DNA of 64,000 bases from Bacillota bacterium (GCA_034189085.1 JAXHVH010000003.1:45094-109093), one strand, 5' to 3'; positions 37,550 through 50,105 are shown, numbered from the stretch's first letter. The notes: generated by a model not told the origin, from the letters alone. Translations and numbers: made by a program.

Positions 37550-38425
37550 ATGATCCAGAAACCAATAGTAAACAGGATATTTTTAAAAGCTCTACTGGTA
37601 GATATTTTTGGTATCTTCGTAGGTGCAGTGATTCTTGCCGTAGGCATGAATATGTTCATGGTCCCCAATATGCTTGCTCCCGGAGGAGTTAGCGGGCTGG
37701 CTGTTGTTGTGTATCACCTGCTAAAAATTCCGGTAGGGTTGACAATTATCATCCTCAATATTCCCCTCTTTATTATTGGTTCCCGTGTCCTGGGAGCCCG
37801 GGTTGTCCTGCAGAGCCTCCTTGGCACTTTTCTCTTTTCCCTGGCGGTGGAAATCACAGCACCCCTGCTGCCGGTTGCCACTGAAGATCTTCTGCTGGCC
37901 TCAGTTTATGGCGGACTGGTTATGGGCGTTGGTGTAGGTCTTGTGTTTCGCTACCGAGGCTCGACCGGAGGAACGGGTCTGCTTTCATTAATTTTGGCCA
38001 GGATATGGGGAGTCAGTCCCGGCCAGGCTATGCTCTGGGGAGACCTTACTGTTTTAGCAACTGCTGTTTTTGTCTTTGGTGGAGAAGCGGCAATGTATGC
38101 TGCACTATCCCTTTTCGTCAGTGTCAAAGTAATTGATGCCATTTTGGAAGGGCTTGGTTTGGCCAAATCAGCGATTATTATCACCAGGAAGGGAGAAAAA
38201 ATCAACGAGAGGCTTCTTTTCGAACTGGGACGGGGGGTAACCTGGCTTGAAGGATCGGGAGGCTATACCCGGGAAACGCGGGAAGTGCTGCTCTGTGTGG
38301 TGACGCGGCAGCAGACAGCTCAACTGAAGACAATCATTCACGAAGTGGATCCAGATGCTTTTGTTATTATTGGCAATGCAACCGAGGTTCATGGCGAAGG
38401 CTTCAAGAAAATGCAGCAGCATTGA
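37550..38425 (+). CDS. YitT family membrane protein (UPF0750)
   Basis: LAPGGVSGLA, NIPLF, GSTGGT, GRGVT, DPDAF...EVHGEGF. Confidence 0.9.
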   Translation: MIQKPIVNRIFLKALLVDIFGIFVGAVILAVGMNMFMVPNMLAPGGVSGLAVVVYHLLKIPVGLTIIILNIPLFIIGSRVLGARVVLQSLLGTFLFSLAVEITAPLLPVATEDLLLASVYGGLVMGVGVGLVFRYRGSTGGTGLLSLILARIWGVSPGQAMLWGDLTVLATAVFVFGGEAAMYAALSLFVSVKVIDAILEGLGLAKSAIIITRKGEKINERLLFELGRGVTWLEGSGGYTRETREVLLCVVTRQQTAQLKTIIHEVDPDAFVIIGNATEVHGEGFKKMQQH

Positions 38426-38593
38426 TTGGTAAACATGAAGCAGATTGTCCTTATTTCACCCATCCATTCCATAGAGTTTAATTATTTGCAAAATAAGTAA
38501 AAATATATTAGAATACTGGCAGGAACGTAATTTCTATTGTCGAATGCATAAATATCGGAATAATACAAGCGATGCTCAGGAAGGTTTGACTGA

Positions 38594-39283
38594 ATGGTCG
38601 AAGCAGAAAACGTCTCCATGAAATACAACCGGTGTGCGCAGTATGCACTGGAAGATGTCACTTTTTCCATTGGGCGTGGTGAATTTGTCTTTATTGTTGG
38701 GTCAAGTGGTGCCGGAAAGTCGACGCTGCTGAAACTAATTATTCGTGAAATCAAACCTACCGCCGGGGTGATGAAAGTATTTGGCAAAGATATATCCCGC
38801 CTGCCACGGCGGCGTCTTCCCGATCTGAGGCGGAGTATCGGAATGGTTTTTCAGGACTTTCGTCTGATCGATGATAGAACAGCCAGTGAAAATGTTGCTT
38901 TTGCCCTGATGGTAACAGGTGCTTCCCGCAGGGATATTCGCAAAAGAGTGCCTCACGTTCTGGGTTTGGTTGGGCTGCAGGAAAAAACTAAAGAGCGGGT
39001 TTGTGATTTATCTGGAGGAGAACAACAAAGGGTTGGACTGGCCAGAGCACTGGTCAACCGGCCGTCGATTATTATAGCTGATGAACCAACAGGCAATCTC
39101 GATCCGGGAACAGCGCTGGATATTATGAACCTGCTGCGCAGTATTAATCTGCGGGGCACGACAGTTTTAGTAGCAACCCATAATCGGGAGATTGTTGATC
39201 AGTTTAAAAAAAGGGTTATTTATCTTGATCAGGGCAAGTTAATTGGTGACGAACGGAAGGGAATTTATACCCATGTTCGTTAG
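38594..39283 (+). CDS. ftsE: Cell division ATP-binding protein FtsE
   Basis: GSSGAGKST, VFQDFRL, LSGGEQQRV, ADEPTGNLDP; upstream of ftsX; ends in TAG. Confidence 0.93.
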   Translation: MVEAENVSMKYNRCAQYALEDVTFSIGRGEFVFIVGSSGAGKSTLLKLIIREIKPTAGVMKVFGKDISRLPRRRLPDLRRSIGMVFQDFRLIDDRTASENVAFALMVTGASRRDIRKRVPHVLGLVGLQEKTKERVCDLSGGEQQRVGLARALVNRPSIIIADEPTGNLDPGTALDIMNLLRSINLRGTTVLVATHNREIVDQFKKRVIYLDQGKLIGDERKGIYTHVR

Positions 39284-40160
39284 CGGTCTCGGTTATGTCA
39301 TCAGTGAAACATTCAAAGGATTATACCGCAATCGCTGGATGTGTATAACCTCGACCGGTGTGGTTGTGGTTACCCTCCTTATGCTGGGGCTGTTTATGCT
39401 GGTGAGTCTTAATATTGGACACATCACCGAAACTGTTAAGGAACAGGTTGAGATTGTTGTTTACATAGAAGATCAGGCCGATCAGGAGGCGGTTAATGAG
39501 CTTTACAAAAGGTTGAGCGAGCACAGCCAGGTGGAGGAAGTAACCTATGTCTCCAGCGAAGAGCACATGCGTCGCCTCCAGAGGCAACTCGGCGGTATGC
39601 TGGAAGGTTACGATTCAGCCCTTGACAACCCTTTGCTTGCTTCATATGAAATTAAAACGGTCGTGCCGGAATCAGTAGTTGAACTGGCTAAAGAGTTTGA
39701 AACTTATCCTGCCGTATCAACAGTTTTTTACGGGCAGGGTTATGTGGAAAACCTGTTTGCTGTAACTGGTGTTCTCCAGTATGTGGGACTGGCCCTGATG
39801 CTGGGGCTGGCAGTAACGGCGATTTTTCTCATATCACATACTATTAAACTAACCGTAATGATGCGCAGAAAAGAAATTACAATCATGAAATATGTCGGCG
39901 CATCCAACTGGTTTATCCGCTGGCCTTTTCTAATGGAAGGTTTGTTGATGGGTTTGGTAGGGGCGGTAGTCCCTCTGGTTATCATTTATTATCTTTACCA
40001 GTATTCCATTGAGTGGGTAGCAGGCAACAATCTATATTTTCTCAGTTTGCTCCCCGCAGAACCGGTGATTCGTGAACTGGCCAAGTATCTTGTTCCCCTG
40101 GGTACGGGCCTGGGAGTAATCGGCAGCACATTCTCGATCGGCCGTTTCCTGCGGGTGTAA
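39273..40160 (+). CDS. ftsX: Cell division permease FtsX
   Basis: Four TM segments, RRKEITIMKYVGASNWFIRWPFLMEG. Confidence 0.93.
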   Translation: MFVSGLGYVISETFKGLYRNRWMCITSTGVVVVTLLMLGLFMLVSLNIGHITETVKEQVEIVVYIEDQADQEAVNELYKRLSEHSQVEEVTYVSSEEHMRRLQRQLGGMLEGYDSALDNPLLASYEIKTVVPESVVELAKEFETYPAVSTVFYGQGYVENLFAVTGVLQYVGLALMLGLAVTAIFLISHTIKLTVMMRRKEITIMKYVGASNWFIRWPFLMEGLLMGLVGAVVPLVIIYYLYQYSIEWVAGNNLYFLSLLPAEPVIRELAKYLVPLGTGLGVIGSTFSIGRFLRV

Positions 40161-40219
40161 ATATAAAACATAGACATAGATAGAGAAAAATGCTTTTATT
40201 ATCAGGGAGGAAAGGAATA

Positions 40220-41416
40220 ATGCATACCGGAAATAAGATCTGGTTACTATTATTGATCCTGCCCCTTCTGCTTGTCTTCTGCAGTGCTATGCCGGTTCAA
40301 GCCCTCACGGAAGAAATTGAAGCCAAACAACAGGAACTCGAGGAGATCGAGAAAAAACGGCGCGATGAAAAAAATGCACTTGAGCAGCGCCTGAATCGTG
40401 AAACCGCTTTAGAAGAAGAATTGCTGGAGCTTGAAAACAGGGTCCGGGAACTGCATCTGGAACAGGAGGAGCTGGCCCGTGAAATCACTGCTGTTGAGAG
40501 AGAAATAGAGGAAGCTGAAGCCGAACTGGCTGAAGCAGAAGAGCAGCTCAATTACCAGGAAGAACTGCTCAAGCTAAGGCTGCGGGCTATTCAGCAGCAT
40601 GGTTTTGTTTCTTACATCGAAGTTCTTTTTGAATCGAGCAATTTTGCTGATTTTATAACGCGTCTTCATAATTTGAGTATAATTGCTACCAATGATCTGC
40701 GCCTGGTTGAAGAGTACCAGGCTGAGAAAGAGAAGATTGAAAGCTGGAAAGAAGAGCTGGAGCTGAAAAAGGCCGATCTTGAGACAATGCGCCGCCAGGT
40801 TGCGGAGAACGAGGCTGAACTGGAGCGGGCGGCCGGCGAGAGGGAGGCAATCCTTAAACAGCTGGAAGAAGAAATTGCTTTAAACCTGAAAGCGATTGCC
40901 GATCTTGAAAATGAAGCTCAGCAGATCGATGCCCTGATCCGTAAGCTGATCGCCGAGGCAAGCAACCAATTTTCCGGCCTCAATGGCAAACTCCTGTGGC
41001 CTGTTGAACCGCCGACCTGGGTCAGCTCGGGCTACGGATGGCGCAATGATCCTTTCAGTGGCGCAAAGGCCTGGCACGGGGGAATCGATATTGCTCCCCA
41101 TCATGGGGCAGCCAATTATATTCTGGCTGTCGCTGATGGTCAGGTAATTTATGCGGGTTGGAATGGCGGTTACGGTAACTGTCTGATGGTCGATCACGGC
41201 GGTGGAACAGTTACTCTCTATGCACACATGAGCAGCCTGCTGGTTAATAAAGGGGACGTTGTCCTCAGAGGCGAGCGAATTGCCCGGGCCGGGACTACCG
41301 GTTACAGCACCGGTGTTCATCTTCATTTTGAAGTAAGAGAGTATGAGAAATCACCTGTTCGTAATTACCCAAGTGGCAATCCAGATTACCGACACAATCC
41401 TATCGGTTATTTCTAA
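40220..41416 (+). CDS. EnvC-like coiled-coil murein hydrolase/activator with M23 domain
   Basis: Signal peptide, long coiled coil, HGGIDIA, GGYGN, TGYSTGVHLHFEVR; follows ftsEX. Confidence 0.9.
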   Translation: MHTGNKIWLLLLILPLLLVFCSAMPVQALTEEIEAKQQELEEIEKKRRDEKNALEQRLNRETALEEELLELENRVRELHLEQEELAREITAVEREIEEAEAELAEAEEQLNYQEELLKLRLRAIQQHGFVSYIEVLFESSNFADFITRLHNLSIIATNDLRLVEEYQAEKEKIESWKEELELKKADLETMRRQVAENEAELERAAGEREAILKQLEEEIALNLKAIADLENEAQQIDALIRKLIAEASNQFSGLNGKLLWPVEPPTWVSSGYGWRNDPFSGAKAWHGGIDIAPHHGAANYILAVADGQVIYAGWNGGYGNCLMVDHGGGTVTLYAHMSSLLVNKGDVVLRGERIARAGTTGYSTGVHLHFEVREYEKSPVRNYPSGNPDYRHNPIGYF

Positions 41417-41635
41417 GCAGTGGGATGAGTGTCCGGGAATAAAAGGCCTTTTGACAGATTAAGTATATGACTGTAGCGTAAAATAATTCAGCCATACCCG
41501 GCAGAATTTATCCTGGGGATGGCTGAACTGTTTTGGAAATGGATACAGGTTCATCATTTTATGATATTATTATGCACAGGTGTTCTGAATGAGCAAAAAT
41601 AGAGCGGGAGTTGCGCTGAATGGGAGCTGAAAGCG

Positions 41636-43111
41636 ATGGAAACTGATCGTAAAAGAGCAGTATTTATATGGGTTGCTGTAATTCTTATTTTACTGGTGGG
41701 GACCAACCTCTGGACCTATTTTGCGACTGGCAAATCAGCCGATTCAGGTGATGAGGATCCAACCAGGGTAATTAAATTTGAACCGGCGCAAAGCAACTAT
41801 GATGAGGACACGGAAATTCTTTTTGAGGCCATGGATGCCATTACGAATAATTATTACACTCCTGTCGATGAGGATATCCTGATCGAAGGAGCGGTGCAGG
41901 GTATGATTGAAAGCCTGGGGGATCCCCAGGTCCAGTATTACGATGCTGATGCGCTGGATGCTTTCCTACTAAATACACAGGGTTCGTACGGTGGTATTGG
42001 AGTAAGAATTATTGAAGTGGAGGACGATGTTGTTGTATTTGAAACATTCGCCAGTACCCCTGCAGAACGGGAGGGGCTAACACCGGGAGATCGAATTATC
42101 GAAGCCGACGGCCATGATCTTTCGGGTAAAGGAATTGATTACGTTGTAGAACTGTTACGCGGCCCCGCTAATACGTTTGTTGACATTGTTATTAAAAGGC
42201 CCGGAGCTGATGAACCAATTGTTCTGAAGGTAGAGAGAGAAGAGATCAGAGTCGCCTCAGTTTTCAGTGAGATGCTCGAAGACGGGCTTGGCTATATTAA
42301 AATCAGCAGCTTTGACAGTCATACGGCCGAAGAATTTACCTCACAGTTTAAAACAATTGAACAGAGTGGTTTAAGCAAGGGATTAATACTGGACATGCGA
42401 GATAATCCTGGCGGCCTGGTTGATCAGGCTGTTGCAATCGCCAAGCTGCTGGTCCCGGAAGGAGAAATTGTCCGCCTGGTGGGCCGGAATGATGATGTTA
42501 AAACGATTTACTATTCAAGTGCGGTGAAGAAACCTTATCCTATTGTAGTGCTGATCAACGAAGAATCGGCCAGTTCCGCGGAACTGCTGGCCGGAGCACT
42601 GCAGGATAGAGGAGCGGCACTCCTGGTAGGCAAAACAACTTTTGGCAAAGCTTCTGTACAACAGCTGGTTTATCTTTCAGATGATCAGGCTATTCTACTG
42701 ACCATGGCCCGTTATTTTACCCCTTCTGGCCGGGATATCCACCAGCATGGTATAGAGCCTGATTTTGAGGTGGACATGCCGGAAATACTGCGCTACTACC
42801 GTTATTTTTTACCGGGGCGCCTTGAGCGCGGTGATTACGGTCCCCATGTGGAGATGCTCCAGATGATGTTGGAACAGATCGGTTATACAATTGATGTGAT
42901 TGGCTATTTTGATGAACAGACAACGAGGGCGCTCACTGATTTTCAAACAGCAGCCGGAATAAAGCGAAGTGGTGTATTTGACGATCAGACCTGGATTCAG
43001 CTGCGAGAAGCTCTGGATATTGCCGCTCGTGAACAGGATGAACAGTTAAATTTCGCCCTTGATCTGATCCACAAGCCGGGTCTCTGGAATATAACCGAGG
43101 GAAATGATTGA
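41636..43111 (+). CDS. S41 family C-terminal processing peptidase with PDZ and peptidoglycan-binding domains (CtpA/CtpB)
   Basis: GIGV PDZ motif, LDMRDNPGG, SASSAE, TFGKASVQ, PG-binding domain. Confidence 0.92.
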   Translation: METDRKRAVFIWVAVILILLVGTNLWTYFATGKSADSGDEDPTRVIKFEPAQSNYDEDTEILFEAMDAITNNYYTPVDEDILIEGAVQGMIESLGDPQVQYYDADALDAFLLNTQGSYGGIGVRIIEVEDDVVVFETFASTPAEREGLTPGDRIIEADGHDLSGKGIDYVVELLRGPANTFVDIVIKRPGADEPIVLKVEREEIRVASVFSEMLEDGLGYIKISSFDSHTAEEFTSQFKTIEQSGLSKGLILDMRDNPGGLVDQAVAIAKLLVPEGEIVRLVGRNDDVKTIYYSSAVKKPYPIVVLINEESASSAELLAGALQDRGAALLVGKTTFGKASVQQLVYLSDDQAILLTMARYFTPSGRDIHQHGIEPDFEVDMPEILRYYRYFLPGRLERGDYGPHVEMLQMMLEQIGYTIDVIGYFDEQTTRALTDFQTAAGIKRSGVFDDQTWIQLREALDIAAREQDEQLNFALDLIHKPGLWNITEGND

Positions 43112-44481
43112 TGATGGAATCGTTGCTTGAACTGGGCCGCATCTTCCTGACGACTTTTGCGCTGGCACTGGTTATGCCCATCTTCTGGCTTGTTCTGCTC
43201 CTGGTCTACCTGCAGTACAGGCGGTTGGCCAGCATGGAAGAAAAATTATTTGGCAGAACGATCAACCCCATTGGAAGGCAGATGATTACCTCTCTGGGTT
43301 TTGGATCTCTGGGTGGTTTTGCAGCCAGTATCACCCTGGTTTTACTCGGGCTTTCCCTGGAACAGATCGGTCTTTATTTCCTCTGGCCTGTTGCCCTGCT
43401 TTTACTGCTGATTAACCCCCGCTACCTGTGCTTTTCTTACGCCGGTGGAATAGTGGCTGCTTTTGTGCTTTTGTTCCGGCATATCCTGGTTCCTCTTTTC
43501 CCTGCAGTGGCGGAAAATTTTATCATTGACAATCTACTCATGATCCACATCCCCGCTCTGCTGGTTTTAATTGGCCTTCTTCACCTGGTTGAAGCTTTGC
43601 TGATTTATGTCAGTGGACACAAGGGGAGCAGCCCGGTTTATCTCAAACAGAGTGATGGGAAAGTGGTTGGTGGGCACATGTTGCAGCGTCTCTGGCCTGT
43701 GCCCCTGGTTGCCCTGCTGGTTGCCGTTGTTCCGGAGGTTGATATTGTTGGCGTGAGCATGCCGGATTGGTGGCCAATCATTCAATCAACACTGCAGCCT
43801 GGAACGGGAGAGAGCCTGCAGTATATGATCATTCCTGTGGCAGCCGGTCTCGGTTATGCTGATGTAGCCCTATCTTCAACACCGAGGGAGAAAACATCTT
43901 CATCTGCAGTGTGGCTTGCTCTTTACAGTATTATTCTTTTATTTCTGGCAGTCGGCTCAGAATATTATTCCTTTCTTGTTTTACCGGGAGTGATTTTTGC
44001 TCCCCTTGGACATGAACTTTTAATCCTCTATGGGAACAGGAAGGAAAAAAACCGGCCTCTTCTTTACAGGGAGCGGCCAAATGGTGTGGCAGTGATGATG
44101 GTCCTGCCTGCCAGCGCTGCCGACGATGCAGGCCTTCAGGAAGGAGATCTTATTGTGAAAATCAACGGGCAGCAGGTTACCGGAAATCTTGATATGCTGC
44201 AGAAAATTGACGACAGCTATTTTATGATTTTTATTGAAGGGGAAAGGAAAGGGGAGCCCTTTTCGGTTGTCCTGAAAAAACGTCCTTCTCCGGCCAGGGG
44301 TGGCCTTCTAACCGGCAATTCAGAAAGAAACCGGGAGCCCTTTAAACATCCACTGCTGCACCGTTGTGCTGCCCTGGGCTTGATCCCAGTACCTCCTGCC
44401 GATTCAAAAGTATTTCTTGTAATGAAACAGGGTAGTTCTTCCAAATGGCTGCGGAAATGGAAAAAAAGAATTTTCAAATAA
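43108..44481 (+). CDS. PDZ-domain membrane protein (MinJ/YvjD-like)
   Basis: INPRYLCFSYAGG, LHLVEALLI, C-terminal PDZ; syntenic position after ctp. Confidence 0.78.
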   Translation: MMMESLLELGRIFLTTFALALVMPIFWLVLLLVYLQYRRLASMEEKLFGRTINPIGRQMITSLGFGSLGGFAASITLVLLGLSLEQIGLYFLWPVALLLLLINPRYLCFSYAGGIVAAFVLLFRHILVPLFPAVAENFIIDNLLMIHIPALLVLIGLLHLVEALLIYVSGHKGSSPVYLKQSDGKVVGGHMLQRLWPVPLVALLVAVVPEVDIVGVSMPDWWPIIQSTLQPGTGESLQYMIIPVAAGLGYADVALSSTPREKTSSSAVWLALYSIILLFLAVGSEYYSFLVLPGVIFAPLGHELLILYGNRKEKNRPLLYRERPNGVAVMMVLPASAADDAGLQEGDLIVKINGQQVTGNLDMLQKIDDSYFMIFIEGERKGEPFSVVLKKRPSPARGGLLTGNSERNREPFKHPLLHRCAALGLIPVPPADSKVFLVMKQGSSSKWLRKWKKRIFK

Positions 44482-44546
44482 GCTTATTGATATCATTTGG
44501 CCGATTCTGCACCTGCCGCCTGACCTTACTGATGGAGGTGTAATGA

Positions 44547-45113
44547 TTGCTCACCGCCGCCTCTGCTGCATTTGTGACAATGTTTGTTGCTGAAATGGGC
44601 GACAAATCACAGTTGATTTCCCTGACCATGGCATCCTGTTACCCTTCCCTGCAGGTTCTGACGGGGGCAATGGTAGCCCTGGCTGCAGTTCTCGGCCTGG
44701 CTGTTATGGTAGGTGATTACATATCTTCCGCTGTTCCTCATACTCTGATTGCGGTAATAGCAGGACTCGTTTTTATAGTAATGGGTCTATACAATTACCG
44801 ATCCAGAGATGAAAGGCCGGCGGAGTGTCGCGGCAGGGAAGGATTTTTCCAGACCATGATTATGGTTTTTGTCGCCGAGTTTGGTGATAAAACTCAGCTG
44901 GCCGCCGTTTTCCTTGTTGCCGGTTTCGGTTACCCCCTGGCGGTCTTTGGCGGGGCTATGGCGGCCATGCTTCTAAATCATCTCCTGGCTGTTTTTGTGG
45001 GCAGCCGTTTTTTGGCCCGAATCAACCCCCGTTATATTCGCATTGCTTCCTCCGCACTTTTTATAATAATAGGTCTTATTATTATCATTGCAGAGATTTT
45101 TCCTTCCCCCTGA
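44547..45113 (+). CDS. TMEM165/GDT1 (UPF0016) family transporter
   Basis: Two E-x-GDK-[ST]Q motifs (AEMGDKSQ, AEFGDKTQ). Confidence 0.92.
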   Translation: MLTAASAAFVTMFVAEMGDKSQLISLTMASCYPSLQVLTGAMVALAAVLGLAVMVGDYISSAVPHTLIAVIAGLVFIVMGLYNYRSRDERPAECRGREGFFQTMIMVFVAEFGDKTQLAAVFLVAGFGYPLAVFGGAMAAMLLNHLLAVFVGSRFLARINPRYIRIASSALFIIIGLIIIIAEIFPSP

Positions 45114-45194
45114 TTGTGTTATAATAAACTTTAATGCAAAGGCGAACATGCGGTCTTGTTCATTGCTAAAACGCTGCTGGTGGGAGGTTTTATT

Positions 45195-47177
45195 TTGAGC
45201 AACAGCGGCATTTTTAAAATTAAAGCTGATCACCGTCCTTCCGGGGACCAGCCGGAAGCAATCGGAGCCCTGGAGCAAGGTTTGCACCGGGGCTCCCGTT
45301 ACCAGACCCTCCTGGGAGTAACCGGCTCAGGAAAAACTTTCACTATTGCTAATGTTATTGAACGGGTGCAGCGTCCGACCCTGGTGGTGGCTCCGAACAA
45401 GATTCTGGCTGCTCAGCTTTGCAGCGAGTTTAAGGAGCTTTTTCCGGATAATGCGGTTGAATACTTTATCAGTTATTATGATTATTATCAGCCGGAGGCG
45501 TATTTGCCTTCGAGTGATACTTACATCGAAAAAGATTCATCCATCAACGATGAAATAGATAAACTGCGGCATTCCGCAACAAGCGCCCTGCTGGAACGAT
45601 CGGATGTTATCATTGTTGCTTCTGTATCCTGTATTTACGGTCTTGGTTCTCCGCAGGAATACAGGGAGCAGGTCCTATCGCTGAGGCCGGGAGCACTGAT
45701 CAGTCGTGATCAGATCATCGAGCGCCTGGTGGATATACACTATGAAAGAAACGAGATTGACTTTCATCGAGGGACTTTCCGGGTCCGGGGTGATGTTCTT
45801 GAGATAATACCGGCTTCATTTTCGGAAGCTGCCCTGAGGGTAGAGCTCTTCGGAGACGAAATTGAAAGGTTGCGGGAAATCGACCTTGTCAGCGGCAAGG
45901 TGACTGGAGAACGGACTCATGTTGCGATCTTTCCGGCGACCCATTACGTAACAGCGCCTGACCAGTTAAAGCGGGCCATTGCTGCCATCGAATCGGAACT
46001 GGCAGAGAGGCTGGCCTATTTCAAGAGCCGGGATAAACTGCTCGAAGCCCAGCGCATTGAGCAGCGAACCCTCTTTGATCTGGAAATGCTGCAGGAGATG
46101 GGGTACTGCAGCGGTATCGAAAACTATTCACGTCACCTTGATGGAAGACCGGCCGGCAGCCGTCCCTTTACCCTGCTGGATTATTTTCCTGATGACATGC
46201 TGGTGGTCATTGATGAATCTCACATCACCATTCCCCAGATCAACGGGATGTATCACGGTGATTTGTCGCGCAAGACAACCCTGGTGGAACACGGATTCAG
46301 GCTGCCATCAGCGCTGGACAACCGCCCGCTGCGGTTTGCTGAATTTGAAAAATTGATCAATCAGGCGATTTTTGTATCAGCTACCCCCGGGCCATGGGAG
46401 CTGGAACACAGTGAAGCAGTGGTTGAACAAATTATTCGCCCCACAGGTCTTGTTGACCCGATCGTCGAAGTCAGGCCGGTGGAGGGGCAGGTGGATGATC
46501 TCTACGGTGAAATCAGGCGCAGGGCCGAGGCCGGGCAGCGGGTCCTGGTGACGACGATGACTAAAAGGATGGCCGAAGATTTAACAGATTATTATCGCAA
46601 TATGGGTGTAAAAGTGCGCTACATGCATTCTGATATAGATGCTCTGGAAAGAATGTCTATCATCAGGGGACTGCGGCTTGGCGAGTTTGATGTTTTGATC
46701 GGCATCAATTTGCTGCGGGAAGGGCTTGACCTGCCCGAGGTTACCCTGGTGGCTATTCTTGACGCCGACAAAGAAGGTTTCCTGCGATCGGAGCGATCGT
46801 TGATCCAGACAATTGGCCGTACCGCCCGCAACACCGAAGGATGTGTGATCATGTATGCCGAAGGAATAACTCCATCGATGCGCCGGGCGATTGATGAAAC
46901 CGAAAGGCGCCGTCGCAAACAGATCCTTTTTAACAGAAAGCACGGCATTATTCCCCAAACCATTGTCAAACCGATTCATTCCCTGATCGAAGCGACTGCC
47001 GCCGCCGAAGAGGAAGGGCGGTACATGGAAGAAGAATTAAAAAGTATGCCGGCAGCCGAAAGGCGCAAAGCAGTCAACAAGCTGCGCAAAGAGATGCTCA
47101 GTGCTTCACGGGAGCTGGCCTTTGAACGGGCTGCAGAGCTGCGTGATATGATCTTTGAGCTGGAACAGGGCCAATAA
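45195..47177 (+). CDS. uvrB: Excinuclease ABC subunit B
   Basis: [34 protein letters not shown]-terminal UVR domain; TTG 45195. Confidence 0.98.
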   Translation: MSNSGIFKIKADHRPSGDQPEAIGALEQGLHRGSRYQTLLGVTGSGKTFTIANVIERVQRPTLVVAPNKILAAQLCSEFKELFPDNAVEYFISYYDYYQPEAYLPSSDTYIEKDSSINDEIDKLRHSATSALLERSDVIIVASVSCIYGLGSPQEYREQVLSLRPGALISRDQIIERLVDIHYERNEIDFHRGTFRVRGDVLEIIPASFSEAALRVELFGDEIERLREIDLVSGKVTGERTHVAIFPATHYVTAPDQLKRAIAAIESELAERLAYFKSRDKLLEAQRIEQRTLFDLEMLQEMGYCSGIENYSRHLDGRPAGSRPFTLLDYFPDDMLVVIDESHITIPQINGMYHGDLSRKTTLVEHGFRLPSALDNRPLRFAEFEKLINQAIFVSATPGPWELEHSEAVVEQIIRPTGLVDPIVEVRPVEGQVDDLYGEIRRRAEAGQRVLVTTMTKRMAEDLTDYYRNMGVKVRYMHSDIDALERMSIIRGLRLGEFDVLIGINLLREGLDLPEVTLVAILDADKEGFLRSERSLIQTIGRTARNTEGCVIMYAEGITPSMRRAIDETERRRRKQILFNRKHGIIPQTIVKPIHSLIEATAAAEEEGRYMEEELKSMPAAERRKAVNKLRKEMLSASRELAFERAAELRDMIFELEQGQ

Positions 47178-47195
47178 CAGGAGGAGCTGACAGAC

Positions 47196-50063
47196 TTGAC
47201 AGCCGGAAACATTGTCATCCGCGGGGCGAGAGAACACAATCTTAAAAATATTAATCTTACCCTTCCCCGTAACAAATTAATTGTTTTTACCGGACTCAGT
47301 GGTTCGGGTAAATCATCTCTTGCTTTTGATACTATTTATGCCGAGGGGCAGCGGCGCTATGTGGAATCATTATCAGCCTATGCCCGCCAGTTCCTTGGCC
47401 AGATGGACAAGCCGGATGTCGACCAGATTGAAGGATTGTCACCGGCTATTTCCATCGATCAAAAAACCGCATCCCGCAATCCCCGTTCCACGGTGGGGAC
47501 CGTTACCGAAATATATGATTATATCCGCCTGCTTTATGCCCGAATTGGCCATCCTTACTGCCCGAATTGCCGCAAGCCTATCAGCCAGCAGACTGTTCAG
47601 CAGATGGTCGATCAAATTGTCGCCATGCCGCAGGATACACGAATCCAGGTGCTTGCACCGCTTGTGCGGAGCCGCAAAGGTGAATATTCAACTTTGTTTG
47701 AAGAGATGTGCCGCAAAGGTTATGTCAGGGTGAGAGTTGACGGTGAGGTTCGCGATCTCGAGGAAGAGATCACCCTCAATAAACAAAAGAAGCACAGCAT
47801 TGAAGTCGTAGTTGACCGCCTGGTAATTCGTGAAGGGATCCAGTCCCGCCTTGCCGATTCTCTGGAGACAGCCCTCAAATTAAGTGGGGGACTGGTCCTG
47901 GTTGAAGAAGCCGGCGGAAAGGAACTGATATTCAGTGAAAACTTTGCCTGTCCCGAATGCGGTTTCAGCTTTGAAGAGATCAGCCCGCGAATTTTTTCAT
48001 TTAACACCCCTTACGGGGCCTGCCCCGAATGCAGCGGCCTTGGAACAAAAGCGGAATTTTCTGCCGAGCTGGTCATCCCCAATCCCGAGTTGTCACTGGC
48101 GGAAGGAGCGGTACAGCCCTGGTCAGGCCGTAATTATTACCAGCAGTTTCTTGAAGCAGCAGCGAAAGCCTGGGATATTGATCTGAAAAAACCGTTTAAA
48201 GATCTTAACCAGGAGGAAAAGAACAAGCTGCTTTATGGATCCCCGGAGGTAATTAATTTTCGTTATGTTAACTTCTTTAAAAGAGTACGCTTTTATCGCA
48301 AGGCTTTTCCCGGTATTTTAAAATTGATGGAAAGACGTTATGCGGAAACTTCCTCCGAGGATATGCGCAACGAGCTTGAGCGCTATATGGAGGTAAAAAT
48401 CTGCCCGGCCTGTGAAGGGAAGCGGTTGAAACCTTCGAGCCTGGCTGTTCTGGTGAATGATACCAATATCGCTGATTTAACCGCCATGACCGTCGAAGAA
48501 GTCTCAGTTTTTTTCGAACAGCTCAAAATCACGCCGCGAGAAACACAAATTGCCAGACAGGTGCTCAAAGAGATTACCGAGCGGCTGCAATTCTTGTGTA
48601 ATGTGGGACTGCAATACTTGACCCTTGATCGAGCGGCGACAACTCTTTCCGGAGGCGAAGCACAGCGGATCAGGCTGGCAACCCAGATCGGATCCGGATT
48701 GACCGGTGTGATTTATATTCTTGACGAGCCGAGCATAGGGCTGCACCAGCGCGATAATGCCAGGCTGATCGGAACATTGAAAGCTCTGCGTGATCTGGGT
48801 AACACAGTACTGGTAGTGGAACACGATGAGGAAACCATCCGCAGTGCCGATGAGATTGTCGATATCGGTCCGGGGGCGGGGGAAAACGGTGGCAAAATTG
48901 TAGCCCAGGGAACCATCGATGATATCATCGCTGAGCCTTCTTCCATAACCGGTGATTATCTGGCAGGCAGGCGCAGCGTGCCCCTTCCGGAAAAGAGGCG
49001 CCGGGTTAACGACCGCTGGCTCTGGATCCGCGGTGCCCGCGAGCACAACCTGAAAAATATTGACGTTGGTATTCCCCTGGGGCTCTTTGTCTGTGTGGCC
49101 GGAGTGTCAGGATCAGGTAAGAGTACATTAATCAATGAAATCCTGGCCCGTTCTCTATCCCGCATTTTGCATCATTCCCGTCAGCTGGCTGGCGAACATG
49201 ATGGCCTGGAGGGAGTAGAACACCTGGACAAGGTGATTGAAATTGACCAGTCGCCAATTGGCCGTACCCCTCGTTCCAATCCGGCTACCTATACCGGTTT
49301 GTTTGACGGCATCCGCGAAATTTATGCCAAAACACCGGAATCCCGCCGCCGTGGTTACCGGCCCGGCCGTTTTAGCTTCAATGTAAAGGGAGGCCGCTGC
49401 GAGGCATGCCGGGGGGACGGCATTCTCCGAATCGAAATGCATTTTTTACCGGATGTTTATATCCCCTGCGAGGTTTGCCGCGGTAAACGGTATAATCGTG
49501 AAACCCTGGAAGTACGCTACAAGGGGAAAAATATTGCCGATATCCTGGATATGACAGTTGAAAAAGCCCTTGAATTTTTTGCCCCTATCCCGAAACTGCA
49601 GCGTAAACTACAGGTGCTGTATGATGTAGGACTCGGGTATATTCGCCTCGGCCAGCCGGCGACTACCCTTTCCGGTGGTGAAGCTCAGCGAGTCAAGCTG
49701 GCCACGGAGCTCTCCAGGCGCAGCAACGGGCGCAGCCTTTACATTCTTGATGAGCCGACGACCGGACTTCACCTGGATGACATCAAAAAGCTACTTAAAA
49801 TTCTTGAAAGGCTCGTTGAGAACGGTAATACAGTAATTGTAATTGAGCATAATCTTGAAGTACTCAAGCGGGCCGATTATCTTATTGATCTGGGTCCCGA
49901 AGGCGGTGATAAGGGCGGGGAAGTCGTAACTGCCGGCTCGCCGGAAAAAGTTGCTACCTGCAGCAGTTCTTACACAGGGGAGTGGCTGGCCGGTATCCTT
50001 TCCCCTCCTTCAGGTAAACGGGACAAAGGCCGTAAATCAAGGAAAAAGGCCGCTGCTCCATAA
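47196..50063 (+). CDS. uvrA: Excinuclease ABC subunit A
   Basis: Two ABC modules ([26 protein letters not shown] x2) and zinc fingers. Confidence 0.98.
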   Translation: MTAGNIVIRGAREHNLKNINLTLPRNKLIVFTGLSGSGKSSLAFDTIYAEGQRRYVESLSAYARQFLGQMDKPDVDQIEGLSPAISIDQKTASRNPRSTVGTVTEIYDYIRLLYARIGHPYCPNCRKPISQQTVQQMVDQIVAMPQDTRIQVLAPLVRSRKGEYSTLFEEMCRKGYVRVRVDGEVRDLEEEITLNKQKKHSIEVVVDRLVIREGIQSRLADSLETALKLSGGLVLVEEAGGKELIFSENFACPECGFSFEEISPRIFSFNTPYGACPECSGLGTKAEFSAELVIPNPELSLAEGAVQPWSGRNYYQQFLEAAAKAWDIDLKKPFKDLNQEEKNKLLYGSPEVINFRYVNFFKRVRFYRKAFPGILKLMERRYAETSSEDMRNELERYMEVKICPACEGKRLKPSSLAVLVNDTNIADLTAMTVEEVSVFFEQLKITPRETQIARQVLKEITERLQFLCNVGLQYLTLDRAATTLSGGEAQRIRLATQIGSGLTGVIYILDEPSIGLHQRDNARLIGTLKALRDLGNTVLVVEHDEETIRSADEIVDIGPGAGENGGKIVAQGTIDDIIAEPSSITGDYLAGRRSVPLPEKRRRVNDRWLWIRGAREHNLKNIDVGIPLGLFVCVAGVSGSGKSTLINEILARSLSRILHHSRQLAGEHDGLEGVEHLDKVIEIDQSPIGRTPRSNPATYTGLFDGIREIYAKTPESRRRGYRPGRFSFNVKGGRCEACRGDGILRIEMHFLPDVYIPCEVCRGKRYNRETLEVRYKGKNIADILDMTVEKALEFFAPIPKLQRKLQVLYDVGLGYIRLGQPATTLSGGEAQRVKLATELSRRSNGRSLYILDEPTTGLHLDDIKKLLKILERLVENGNTVIVIEHNLEVLKRADYLIDLGPEGGDKGGEVVTAGSPEKVATCSSSYTGEWLAGILSPPSGKRDKGRKSRKKAAAP

Positions 50064-50105
50064 AAAATATAAAATGGTTTTTCCGAATCACATGAAAAGG
50101 CAGGT

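Noticed and set aside
40300-40960. Glu/Ala-rich quasi-repeats in the EnvC-like gene
   Set aside because: Explained by coiled-coil codon bias, not a DNA repeat element.
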